Shown here: in pieces, positions 12,480-22,751 of the stretch
How positions within the stretch are numbered: the stretch's first letter is position 1
How the letters are laid out: each line of letters starts with the position of its first letter
Assembly: GCA_963806595.1 (NCBI GenBank)
Contig: CAWDZZ010000004.1
Span: 191,209 to 255,208 of the forward strand
Direction of reading: 5' to 3'
Source of the DNA: an uncultured Isosphaeraceae bacterium
GTDB taxonomy: Bacteria > Planctomycetota > Planctomycetia > Isosphaerales > Isosphaeraceae
Length of the DNA stretch: 64,000 nt
The notes under the pieces: generated by a model
What the model was told of the DNA's origin: nothing
Databases searched by the model: none
The model's input: only the letters and a program-made list of their open reading frames with translations
Program-made: the position numbers and the translations under genes

Positions 12480-12556
12480 TTCGATGCCAACAAAGGTACC
12501 TGACACCTTTAACAGGTACGCAAGATGCCAACAATGGTACCTGACACCGTTTTCCG
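12480..12556 (+). repeat. Two tandem copies of the conserved element 'GCCAACAA(A/T)GGTACCTGACACC(T/G)TT'.
   Basis: Direct sequence identity with copies at ~22.60 kb and ~30.62 kb. The spacer between the two copies contains 'CAGGTACG', which is the reverse complement of the 'GTACCTG' inside the element. Confidence 0.7.
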
Positions 12557-12566
12557 GCCACTTATT

Positions 12567-13083
12567 GGCTTGACCATGCTCGCGGGTACAATCCTGGGCG
12601 CGCTCGTCTTGGCCTGGCGCCGGGGATTTGCTTTTGGGCGCCTGGTTCGATGCTTGCTGGGGGCGATTATTGGGGGCGGACTGGGGGCTGCTCCTGGCGC
12701 TATGTGGCTGTTGTTCGCCGTGGTCGCCTCGGCTTCCGGAGCTGGTGCCCTGCCCGCCTCTCCAGGCGCACGTTTGCGTTTTGGGGAGCGCAGCGGGAGC
12801 GGTGGCCGGTCTACGAATGGCGGACCGTTCCATGTTCGGGACGGGGCGAGGCGGAAAGGTGGCAGCGCTCGCCCTGGCAGGGTTCATGACAGGAGTTGCA
12901 CTCAGCTTCTTCGCTTTGCTGCTTGTGCAAGATTCCTGGGCGGAGATATGGTGGCTGGTCCTCGCCCCGCTGGCAACCGTCGCAACCACAATCGGCGGCT
13001 ACTCCCTGCGAGCGCGTGGGTGTGAGAATTCCCCAGAAAACATGCTTCCGTGTGATACGGGCCAATTGGGCCCTACGGCTTGA
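12567..13083 (+). CDS. Small glycine-zipper membrane protein with a probable frameshift. The ORF start annotated at 12525 is simply the translation of the repeat element.
   Basis: Hydrophobic Gly/Ala-rich segments in ORFs 12525-13025 and 12628-13083. Confidence 0.3.
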
Positions 13084-13356
13084 CCCCGGCAGGAACCAGA
13101 GGCCTCCGGCCAACATCGAACCAGCGTCAGCGCGATTAAATGCAAATTTCTGAAGGCCCTGCACGAATCGCGAAAGCAGCACATCACCTCGGCCTGGCGG
13201 TATTGGGCCAGTCAAATTCCGTACGGTCTGGTGGGCTAGCCGGCTCCGACCAAGGGTGGCATCCATGCCAAGGTTGCTGCGAAGCCGCCGTTCCAGGCGA
13301 GGCAACTGGTCGAGTGCCAGCTCGATCGGGGTGGTCGGCACATCTTCAAGGCCCGC

Positions 13357-16300
13357 TCACATCGGCAGGCTACGAAAGGTCATCTCGCGCGTCCGTCCAC
13401 GTTTGACGTGATCGAGATTGCGGGAGCGCTTGAACTCCCGCGCAGCGACACTCGCGTTTGCCCCGTGCGCTCGCGACGACTTTGTTGTAACAACGTGGCG
13501 GTGAAATTCTGGCCGCCATCGAGCGGGCACGCCGAAAGCGTCGAGGAGCGCTGACGCGGTTACCCGCAGTTGCTCGGCCTGGGACGGGTTCAGCTTACGT
13601 GAGGGAACGAGCGTCACGGTCGTCGCCGTGGCGCTCGCGACAGTCAGGGGCACGTTCTTGGTGAAGGTTATCTTACCCTTCCTGGTCGCGGCTGTCCGAA
13701 GGTGGTAGGCGGCGGCGTTCCCGGTGCCTGCGAGGGCATCGCTGAACTGTAGCAGGAGGCCGGCTTCCGTCTTCATCTTCTTCCGTTTTCCTGAGCCGGT
13801 TGTGATCCTGACCGCCGTGCGCTGAACGGACGTGACGGTCACCAGCGGTGGAAATGGATTGGTGTCATGAACGATCAGCGTGGCAGTTGAAGTCATGCCG
13901 AGCGTCGCCCCAGGGCTCGGGAAAGACAGTGAGAGCGGAATGGCAACATCGGGCCGGCCGGGATGGCCGTCGTTCTGGATCGGGACGGTGACGGCAGCGC
14001 TCTGCGAGTTGGGACCGAAGCTGACGGTTTGCTGAAACGCCGAGACGTCAATCCCGGCGGGGATGGACACGACGACGGTGACGGCGGTGGAAAGATCGCC
14101 GGAACGCGTAATCGGGATCGTGATGTGACCGTCTGTCGCATTCGCGGTGTAGGAGGGCTGGGTGAACTGCAACTTGCTGGCGGACATTGGCCCGTTGACA
14201 TGGATCGTAAAGATCTCGGAGCTGCCAAGAGGTGGGTTGCCGTTGTCGCTAACGTGGACGGACACAGGGTAATCACCGGGGGTCTGCGCCAACGGCACGG
14301 TCCAAGCGAAGGAGCCAGTGTTCGGGTCGATCGCCGCACCGGAGGGGCTACCGGGGTCCAGGCTGTAGGTGAGTGTCGCGCTCGGATTGGAGTCGGTCGC
14401 GGAAACTGCGAGCGACGCCGTATCACCTCCGCCGACCGTCTGGTCGGAGATCGGGGCAAGGACGGGTGGGTTTTCCGTAAAGACCTGGACGCCGAGGACG
14501 CCCCCGGAAGTGACGGGTGGAACTGAACTTCCGGGGTTGAAAACGCGCAGGTATTGCAGCCCGTCAATTCCTCCGCCCGCGAAGGTCGCGTCGGTCTGCC
14601 AACTGAAACCGGTCTGGGTGCCGGGGAAGGTCTTGGCGGAGTACGTATCGTCGTTATTGACGCCAGCAAGGATTGTCGAGAACCCGACGTACTGATCTGG
14701 TCCGTAAGGCTGGTACACGTTGCCGAACTCGTCCTCAATCGGCGAGAAGCGTGGGGAGTCGTTAAAGCGAAGTACGTCGACACCTTCGATCGCGTCAATC
14801 CCAGCGGGGTCGAATGCCAACGGTTCGTTGAAATAGTACGGATAACTGTCGGTGTTCCCGTCTTTAGCAACGATTCCGTTCGGTGCTCCCGGTGCGTACT
14901 GGACCTCAATGTCGGCGTCCGGGTGCGTGTCTGGATCTGGGAGCGGGGGCATCGAGCTCACCCCGCTCCCCACGACACTCGGAGCGAGGAGAGCGTGAGA
15001 GCCGGACTCGGACCGGTAGACTGTCCAGGAGTCCGGCTTCTCGTACCAGGTTTGTAACCAATTGAAGTGATCCACCCCGAGGAGCTGGGCCGCCTGCGTC
15101 AGGCTCAACGCGCCAGCAGCCGGCCTGAACGTGGCATCGATCTCTGCGGGGGTATCCGGATCAACTTCCACGTCGACCGGGTCGACCTTGGTGCCGTTTG
15201 ACAGGAATGGCTCGAGGATTGACGTAGCATCGGTCGCGAAAGTCTGCGTCGTATCCGAGTCCGCTGAGATCAATACCGGCCTATCCTGGGTTTCGCCGCC
15301 GGGCGGGTCGAGCGCCGCCATCAGGCCTGCGGAGCCCTTCGGCGGGTCACCGAGCTGTGATGAGGGAACGTGTATGGTGTATGTTTGATCGGGCGAATTG
15401 ACCGCCGTTCTGGTCATCAGAGCGGCGCCGTTTTCCCCGGTCGTGATCGGGGCGCCGAGCTTCTTCCCCGACGCATCGACCCAGTAGAGCGCAACGGGTG
15501 CGGACTGGGGCAGAGCGGAGCCGGTGATCGTATAGGCGATATCCACGCCCCCGGCATTATCAGGATCATCGTTCCACTGGGTATGCGAGCTCGTATGCCA
15601 GTTGATCGATTGAATCGACAGGTCAGGAAGCTTCGGAAAGGTCTGCAGCCCGATGACCAGATCCCAGCTCCCGACTTCTGTCGCCTCATCCGTGCTGCCG
15701 GGCTGGATCGTCGACTCGACCGTCTGGTTGATATTCAAAGTGAACGTGTCACCGATCTTCAGCGGGACGCCGCCCGGCGGAGGCGATTCCTGAGGGGAAA
15801 CGTCGTACGTTTCGCCCCCCGCCATGTAGATGCCGGTCATTTCCTGGGAGTCGATCGTGATACCGGCGGGGAGCGTGGGCAGCGTGCTGGGTAGTGGATT
15901 GATATAGAGCGTTACAGGATCGCCCGCGCTTTCACTGATATCGGGAACGATTTGCAAGGTGATGGTGCTCCCGACGGCGGCGGACGGGCTAGTTGCGGTA
16001 CCCCATGCGGTCGTCACGGTGACCGGCGCCTTGGTCGCGTTGGGCCAGACGGAGGAAATGCCACTCACAATATACTCGGCGTCCGTCGGGTCCCCGCGAC
16101 CCGTCTCCAAGAAAATGTCGAGTGTTTGGAGGCCCCCCGATACGTTGGCTTGCACTAAGCCCAAGTGTTCATTTGGGGGGTCCATTCCGATCGGACCGAA
16201 GACCAGCGGCGAAGACTGAGAGCTCATTCCGTCGGACGCCTGTGCCACGAATGCGCCCGACGAAACCAGTTGCAGATTAGCCAGCAGCCAACGACCTTCC

Positions 16301-16398
16301 AGGGCTTCCCATCCGATCGAACGCCTGCGACGGCGATGGGCCAAAAGACGCTTCTGCTTGCGGCTCTGAGCGTTCGGGAACGACAAAAGCGAAAACAT
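13357..16398 (-). CDS. Large secreted protein of about 1010 aa with cadherin-like/Ig-like and Calx-beta-like domains and a planctomycete-type N-terminus.
   Basis: Intact 3-kb ORF. The N-terminus carries 'RRRRRSIGWEALEGRWLLA' (LExRxLLA motif). A Calx-beta-like stretch 'TVSFGPNSQSAAVTVPIQNDGHPGRPDV...LIVHD' and a cadherin-like stretch 'PVLAPISDQTVGGGDTASLAVSATD' are present. Confidence 0.8.
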   Translation of the reverse strand: MFSLLSFPNAQSRKQKRLLAHRRRRRSIGWEALEGRWLLANLQLVSSGAFVAQASDGMSSQSSPLVFGPIGMDPPNEHLGLVQANVSGGLQTLDIFLETGRGDPTDAEYIVSGISSVWPNATKAPVTVTTAWGTATSPSAAVGSTITLQIVPDISESAGDPVTLYINPLPSTLPTLPAGITIDSQEMTGIYMAGGETYDVSPQESPPPGGVPLKIGDTFTLNINQTVESTIQPGSTDEATEVGSWDLVIGLQTFPKLPDLSIQSINWHTSSHTQWNDDPDNAGGVDIAYTITGSALPQSAPVALYWVDASGKKLGAPITTGENGAALMTRTAVNSPDQTYTIHVPSSQLGDPPKGSAGLMAALDPPGGETQDRPVLISADSDTTQTFATDATSILEPFLSNGTKVDPVDVEVDPDTPAEIDATFRPAAGALSLTQAAQLLGVDHFNWLQTWYEKPDSWTVYRSESGSHALLAPSVVGSGVSSMPPLPDPDTHPDADIEVQYAPGAPNGIVAKDGNTDSYPYYFNEPLAFDPAGIDAIEGVDVLRFNDSPRFSPIEDEFGNVYQPYGPDQYVGFSTILAGVNNDDTYSAKTFPGTQTGFSWQTDATFAGGGIDGLQYLRVFNPGSSVPPVTSGGVLGVQVFTENPPVLAPISDQTVGGGDTASLAVSATDSNPSATLTYSLDPGSPSGAAIDPNTGSFAWTVPLAQTPGDYPVSVHVSDNGNPPLGSSEIFTIHVNGPMSASKLQFTQPSYTANATDGHITIPITRSGDLSTAVTVVVSIPAGIDVSAFQQTVSFGPNSQSAAVTVPIQNDGHPGRPDVAIPLSLSFPSPGATLGMTSTATLIVHDTNPFPPLVTVTSVQRTAVRITTGSGKRKKMKTEAGLLLQFSDALAGTGNAAAYHLRTAATRKGKITFTKNVPLTVASATATTVTLVPSRKLNPSQAEQLRVTASALLDAFGVPARWRPEFHRHVVTTKSSRAHGANASVAAREFKRSRNLDHVKRGRTREMTFRSLPM

Positions 16399-16499
16399 GG
16401 CCGACTCCGGTTGCACTGATATCGACGATTGGATTGTGGAAGAGGCCAGCCCGAGACCACTCCAGCGCGAACTCACATGCAAGTCCACCGGGTTTCTGG

Positions 16500-16600
16500 G
16501 AGAACCATCAAGTGATTTAGATTACTAAACGAAGACGAACCAATTAATTATTTAAGTTATAATAATATTTCTATTTCATTATAGTGGCGCGGTCAGGAAA
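16500..16600 (-). promoter_or_regulatory. Strongly AT-rich ~100-bp intergenic island immediately upstream of the 13357-16398 gene, likely a promoter or UP region.
   Basis: Sequence 'ttaattatttaagttataataatatttctatttcattatag' in a ~67% GC context, with TATAAT-like hexamers. Confidence 0.4.
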
Positions 16601-16606
16601 TAACGC

Positions 16607-18220
16607 TTAGCCTCGGACGATCGTTGAAAACGTCACGTTGGCCGACGCACCGTCGGTGCCCTCGATTTCGCCTTGAACGCTCACTTGCACTGCGCCTTTG
16701 TAGGGCTTCTGCAGGTTGATCGTGACGGTGTGCGTGCCGGCGTCGTACCGGAGTCCTTTGATCCTCACTCGCCTGCTGTAAACCACCCTTCGCCGCTTCT
16801 TCACCGCTGCGAGCACACGATAGAGGCCTGGATTCTCGGCGGTCGGCGGGTAGACCGGCTCGTTGAACGCAATTGTGATCGAGGTCAAACCCTTCCGCGA
16901 ATGGACCAAACTGGCGATCCCCGCGACCGAGGGGGGCGCCATCGGCGGCGGCCTGATGCCTGTCCAGCCCACGCCGCCGGAGCCGCCAAGGGTCGTTCCC
17001 ACTGTGACGACCGAGGAGTAGTCGGAGGTCCAGAGAGACTCCCGAACCCCCGCCTGGGCCTGAATTCGGAAGGAGAGCGTGCCGTTCTGCAGGACGGCGG
17101 CGGAAATGCTGCGGACGACATAGCTGGACGACCCGGGATCGGAGGTCGCAAGCGGCACCCAATAGCCGCCTCCTATGGACTCCTCGACGTCGTAATGCAC
17201 CAAGCCCCCGTGCTGGTCCGACCAGGTCAGCGTGATGTCGTCCCACCCCGCCCCGAGCGCGGCGTCAGGAGCGACCGCGGCGGTCAAATTCGAAGGTGCC
17301 ACGTGGTTGGTGGCCGCATAGACGATCTGCGACACGGCAGGGAACCCCGCCGCGGGATTGGCCGTGACCATGTACTCATAAACGACGCCGGGGAAGACCG
17401 ACGAATCGAGGTAGGAAGTGCTGCCCGCTTCGACCGTGCCAACAGGCGCGAAGGGTTGGCCCGCAGTGGAACGCGAGACCGTGTAGGTCGCCTGCCCGAC
17501 GTTCGTATCGTTCCAGGCGAGCAGAATCTGGTCGGCACCGCCCGCCGCGACGACCTGCCCCGGGATCTGGGCCCGCCCGACGGGGACGGGGTAAAGCGAG
17601 TCGATCGTCGCGATATCCCCGGGGCTTAGCACCGTGCTGACGGGCACGGGCGTGCCGTCGGGCTTATTCAGCAATTGGGCGTAGTTTCCGATCATGATCG
17701 AAGCGTAATCAAACGGCCCCACGTCCTTTACATCGCCGTCGATTCCGCCGGCAGGACCCATGAAGCCGGCACCGACCCCGGGACGTGGAACGACATACTC
17801 ATCCCGATCGCTGCGAGAGAACTCATGCCACAGGCCGACGGTGTGTCCCATCTCGTGCAAGGCGATTGCGGTCAAAGCGGACGGATCGCCCGTGGTATTG
17901 AGGTAGGCGATCTGCACACCATCGTGATCGTCACCCACCGGGGCTTCATTGAGCCCCGTGACGTTGGTGTAAGTGAAATCGACATAGTCAGGCTGGTTCG
18001 TCCGGGGGAGCCACTGCGTGTTCGTCTGATTGTTGAACTCGTTGATTGCCTCGATGATCCCTGATGAATCCTTGATCGAGGGGTCGATCACGTAGGGAAT
18101 CACGCCGTCTGGCCATACATCGCCGACAACAGGGCCGGCGATCACCGCCCCGAGGACCAACCTGGTCTCCAGCGATTCCACACCCGGCCGAGTTCCTTTG
18201 ATGCCATGCTTTCGTTGCAT
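16607..18220 (-). CDS. Astacin-like (M12A) zinc metallopeptidase with C-terminal fibronectin-III-like domains; secreted.
   Basis: HEMGHTVGLWHEFSRSDRD (HExxHxxGxxHE astacin signature) plus a Met-turn 'ASIMIGNY'. The N-terminus carries 'LETRLVLG'. Intact 537-aa ORF. Confidence 0.85.
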   Translation of the reverse strand: MQRKHGIKGTRPGVESLETRLVLGAVIAGPVVGDVWPDGVIPYVIDPSIKDSSGIIEAINEFNNQTNTQWLPRTNQPDYVDFTYTNVTGLNEAPVGDDHDGVQIAYLNTTGDPSALTAIALHEMGHTVGLWHEFSRSDRDEYVVPRPGVGAGFMGPAGGIDGDVKDVGPFDYASIMIGNYAQLLNKPDGTPVPVSTVLSPGDIATIDSLYPVPVGRAQIPGQVVAAGGADQILLAWNDTNVGQATYTVSRSTAGQPFAPVGTVEAGSTSYLDSSVFPGVVYEYMVTANPAAGFPAVSQIVYAATNHVAPSNLTAAVAPDAALGAGWDDITLTWSDQHGGLVHYDVEESIGGGYWVPLATSDPGSSSYVVRSISAAVLQNGTLSFRIQAQAGVRESLWTSDYSSVVTVGTTLGGSGGVGWTGIRPPPMAPPSVAGIASLVHSRKGLTSITIAFNEPVYPPTAENPGLYRVLAAVKKRRRVVYSRRVRIKGLRYDAGTHTVTINLQKPYKGAVQVSVQGEIEGTDGASANVTFSTIVRG

Positions 18221-18506
18221 GACTCCTCCCTTCAGCGGGGTCCACGACGCAGGGGCACTACCACGTGCAGTGCCGCTGTGTTTTTAGCCCGGGCGCCATG
18301 AAGTCCGCTCGAATACCAACGTACGGGGCCGTCGGGGCGTCCCCCGATCCTGAAGTCACGGCGCCGTCATGAACCGAACGAGGCGAGTTCGGTTTTTTGA
18401 ATCACGTCCGGATCAGCATATCGTGAGGAGTCTCAGGCGGACGCCTGACTCGCCGGCAGAGGTCACTTGGCGACACTTGCGTTCGGTCCCACCGCAACGC
18501 ATACTG

Positions 18507-19209
18507 ATGGAAACCCTCGACGCGACGAATCACGCTTGGGAGTCCGGAACCATGGAGGTTCTCAGACAGGCCGATGGCATGCGCGAGATCGGCACCGAAC
18601 CGCTCGGATTGATTCCCGAAGCCGATTCGGGAATTCCGTCCGCGGTCGATGATCCCGACCGAATGCTCGACGGTTGCCGGCAGTATCTCCTGATGATCGC
18701 CAACGAGGTGATCGGGCCGGAACTCCAAGCCAAGCTCGGGGCATCGGACCTCGTGCAGGACACGTTCGTCGAAGCACAGCGGCACCTGGCGGGGTTTCGG
18801 GGATCGAGCAAGGCCGAGCTACGCGCGTGGCTGCGCAAGATCCTGGAATGCCGGCTGTCGAATCTCCGACGATCCTTCCTGGCGACCGAGAAGCGTGCCC
18901 CTCGGGCGCGAGGTGGCGATCGAGACCTTGCTGGGCGCGTCGGAAGCGCATGGTGACGTGCTCGCGAGCCGGTCGCCATCGCCGAGCAGCCATGCTGTGC
19001 GTTCCGAGCTGGCCGAGGCCATGGATGACGCTCTGGCCCGATTGCCCCAGCATTACCGGGAGGCCGTGCGTTATCGGCACCACGACGAACTTCCGTGGGA
19101 TGAGATCGGCCTGCGGATGCGCTGTTCGGCGGATGCGGCGCGCATGGTCTGGAGCCGGGCCATCCGACAGTTGAAGAAGGAAATGGCGAATCACGGACCC
19201 ACGCCATGA
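18507..19209 (+). CDS. ECF sigma factor of the planctomycete STK-linked type, with one apparent frameshift near 18890.
   Basis: Region 2 '...DLVQDTFVEAQRHLAGF' and region 4 '...LPQHYREAVRYRHHDELPWDEIGLRM' are both present. The TGA stop overlaps the ATG of the downstream kinase (ATGA). Confidence 0.75.
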
Positions 19210-22200
19210 GCGGCGATGAGTCGTCGCGCACTGAGCGGCGGCTGGCCGACGCAATGGCCGCCTTTGACGATGGGCTGGCCGCCGGCCGCGAGATATCGAC
19301 GGATGGGCTTGGCGAGTCTGTCGACCCCGATCTCTTGCCCGAGTGGGAGCGGCTCGCGGCTTTCTTGACCCTCGTCGAGCAAGCCTGGCCCCGCGATGCC
19401 GCCCACGCGGATCGCCGGACGGAGCCGGCCGCTGCGGGGCCAGTCGAGCATCCAGCGGACGCAGACACGGGGCCACCCCGATGCCGCAAGCTCCCCTCGA
19501 TTCGGCCGTTTCCAGATCCGGCGGACGCTGGGGCAAGGGGGCTTCGGGATTGTGTTCCTCGCCTGGGACCCGGCGCTGCGGCGGGAAGTCGCGCTCAAGG
19601 TCCCGCAGCCCGAGACCCTGGTCACGCCCGAGGCGCGGAAGCGGTTCCTCCGCGAGGCGCACGCCGCCGCGACTCTGGACCACCCCAACATCGTTCCGGT
19701 GTACGAGAGCGGCAGCGTCGGCACCGTCGCCTATATCGCATCGGCTTACTGCCCTGGGCCGACGCTCGCGGGCTGGCTGGCGCGGCAGTCTCGGCCGGTG
19801 CCGGCACGAGACGCGGTGAATCTGATCGCGAAGCTCGCCCGAGCCGTCGAACATGCCCACGAGCGCGGCGTTGTTCACCGCGACCTCAAGCCCAGCAATG
19901 TATCTGCTGCAACGGCCTGGAGGCGGATGGCGACCGCACGGCGAACCAGTCTCTTTCCGGATTTCAGCCGCGGATCACCGATTTCAGCCTGGCCTGGCTC
20001 GCCGACGGCCAAGGGCCGAAAACTCGGAGCGGTGTTCCGATTGGCTCACCTCCTTACATGGCCCCCGAACAGGCCGAGGGACGGCTCAAGGCGATCGGCC
20101 CGCCGACCGATGTCTACGGGCTGGGGTGCATTCTCTACGAGCTCTTGACCGTGCGTCCTCCCTTCCGAGGCGAGAGTCAGCTTGAAATCCTGAAGCAAGT
20201 CATCGCGGACGACCCAATCCCACCCCGGAGACTTCGGAAGGACATCCCCATCGACGTCGAGTCGATCGTCCTGAAATGCCTGGAGAAGGACCCGGCTCGG
20301 CGATACTCAACCGCAGGCGCACTGGCCGATGACCTCGACCGGTTTCTGGCCGGCGAGCCGACGAAGGCCCGGCCGCCCGGCCGTGGGAAAAGATCAGGTG
20401 CGTGGCGAAGCGGCACCCCGCGGCGAGTGTGATCGCGACGCTCGCGGTCCTCTTTGCGGGGACGCTGCTGGCAGCCAAACATTCGTTCGAGAACCGTTTA
20501 AACGATGCCGAGCACGCTTCCCATTTGCTGGAAGCACGCGTCGGAGATCACGCGTTGGCTGCGCACCGGGCTCAGTATGTCGCAGATATCCGGCAGGCGG
20601 CCCAATTGTTGCGTAGCCCCGAGAGGAACCTGGCGACCGACTTGCTCGAGCGGAACCGCCCGCGACCAGGCGAGACGGAGATACGGGGATTCGCCTGGTA
20701 TTTCCTGAGGGGCCTTTGCAACACGGAGCGGCTTAGCCTGTTCGGTCATCGCGGCGAAGTCTACCATGCCGAGTTCTCGCCCGACGGCCGGCTCCTGGCG
20801 TCTTCCGGCCAGGACGGCACGGTCCGTATCTGGGATCCCACGACGGGGTCGTTGATCCGTGAGATCCGGGCTCATGAATCCGACGTGAACTGGGTCGCAT
20901 TCGCGCCCAACGGGAAGACTCTGGCCACGACGAGCGATGATGGAAGCGTCAAGCTCTGGGAGACAGAGACTGGATTGAATCGTCTCGAACTGCCGGCCCA
21001 TCGCGGGATTGCCTTGATCGTGCTGTTCACGCCGGATGGCAAGTACGTGATCTCCTGCGGACGCGACGATGGCGACGTCAAGATCTGGGATGCCATCACT
21101 GGACTGGCGCGCGGCTCTTTCCATGCCGGCGATTCGGTCTTGGAGAACATGGCCCTTTCGCCCGATGGGTCGATCCTGGCCGTGGTGGGCGGATCCGGCA
21201 TCGCCGGGCTATGGGATCTCGCGAGCCGGCGATGTCTGACGCGTCTGGACCACGAGCGAACCGCGGTGACAGGCGTCGCCTTCTCGCACGATGGCAAAAT
21301 GGCCGCGACGGGAGCCGCGGATGAAGTCGTGCGGCTCTGGGAGGTGCGCGGGGGCCGTTTCCTGCGAGAGTTCTCCGGGCACGCCGACGATGTGCAATCG
21401 GTCGCGTTCACGCCCGACGACAAGACGCTCGTCTCGGCGGGGAACGACAATACCGTCCGGCTCTGGGACGTGGTCAAGGGCGATCCTCGAGCCGTGCACG
21501 TGGGCCACAGCGGCCGCATCTGGGGTGTCTCAATCTCGCCCGACGCGCGGACGATCGCCTCCGCCAGCCGCGATGGTACCGTCAAGCTCTGGGATTCCCT
21601 GCCGAGCGATGCCGGTACTCGCATCTTGGCGACGGATAAACTCGTGGCGCCTCTCCTTCTCGGCCGACGGCCGAACCCTGATCGCCGCAGGGGCCGATGG
21701 GCTCATCTCGAGCTGGGATGTGGAGTCGGGACATCTCCTGGATCCCGTGCGCGTCTCCGACAACGGCGCTCCGGTCGAGGTTGTCCTCAGTCGAGATGGC
21801 GGCGTAGCGGCGGTCAGGACGAAGGATGGCTTCATCGAGATTCATGACCTTGTGCTCCACCGTCGCTTGAACACGATCGGTCCCGTCGCAGGGAGTGGCA
21901 TCTCGATCGAGCTCGATCTCGACGGAGGTCGCCTGGCCGTGACCGTCGGGGGGAATGGCGTGTCGCTCTGGGAGAGCACGGGAACGATACCCTTTGCCTT
22001 CCTCGGCGGTGACATTGGTCGAGCTGTGATTGATCCCAACGGTGAAATCCGCTGTAGCGCGGACGGCGGAGCGAAACTGATCATCTGGAATCCGGCCGAC
22101 GGTCAAACGCGCGAAGGCTACGGTTTCGATTGGCGATCGTACCATTTTGCATGCTTCTCCCCTGATGGATCCACCTTCGCGTATTCCCATCGCGATTTCG

Positions 22201-22536
22201 TCTTCCTCTGGAAAGGTGACTCGCTGCAACCGTTCGCGGAACTTCACATGCCCAGAGAATCGATCCAGGCGATGGCGTTCTCGCCCGACGGAAAAGTGCT
22301 CGCCTGCGGAGACGAGCGCAGGACCAGTGAAGCTCTGGCAGATTGACACGCTCGAGGAGGTGCTCACGCTCAAGCCGTCAGGGGATCCAGTCCGCCTGCT
22401 GAGCTTCTCACCGAACGGCAAGATCCTGGCTGCTTGCACCGAGCGGTCCAACGGCACGTCAGAGATCCACCTCTGGCGCACGGCGGCGGATGACGTAGCG
22501 CCGGCAACTGGACCGGAGGGGACGCGATCGCCCTGA
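19206..22536 (+). CDS. Ser/Thr protein kinase with a transmembrane helix and C-terminal WD40 beta-propeller repeats; interrupted by at least six apparent frameshifts.
   Basis: Kinase motifs (GQGGFGIVFLA, HRDLKPSNV, ITDFSLAWLADG, YMAPEQ), then 'RWAKRHPAASVIATLAVLFAGTLL', then many 'SPDG..LA..S.DGTV.LWD' WD40 units. The sequence moves between frames 3, 1, 3, 2, 3 and 1. Confidence 0.8.
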
Positions 22537-22597
22537 TTGTGTCCTGGCAGAATGTGCTGAAGACGGAAGCTGAACCTGCGCGGGCTGTTGAGCCCAC

Positions 22598-22640
22598 GAG
22601 GACCTGAACAATGGTACCTGACACCTTTTTCAGTACGTCC
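22598..22640 (+). repeat. Single copy of the conserved element 'GAACAATGGTACCTGACACCTTTTT'.
   Basis: Identical core to the copies at 12.5 kb and 30.6 kb. It lies between the end of the kinase at 22536 and the formate dehydrogenase operon. Confidence 0.7.
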
Positions 22641-22751
22641 TATCCGCTCGTCTCTTACCGAATTAGACTGGGACGCTCATCGTAAGTTTCGTGTCGCTCT
22701 ACGCTGTGAAGGTGATCGATCAGGCTCCGCCTTGGCGTTACAAGTAAGGAG

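Noticed and set aside
12525-12560. ORF start 'MPTMVPDTVF' at 12525 and a similar 'MVPDTF' reading at 22.6 kb
   Set aside because: This is the conserved repeat element translated, since the ATG is part of the repeat. The real gene start lies downstream of the repeat.
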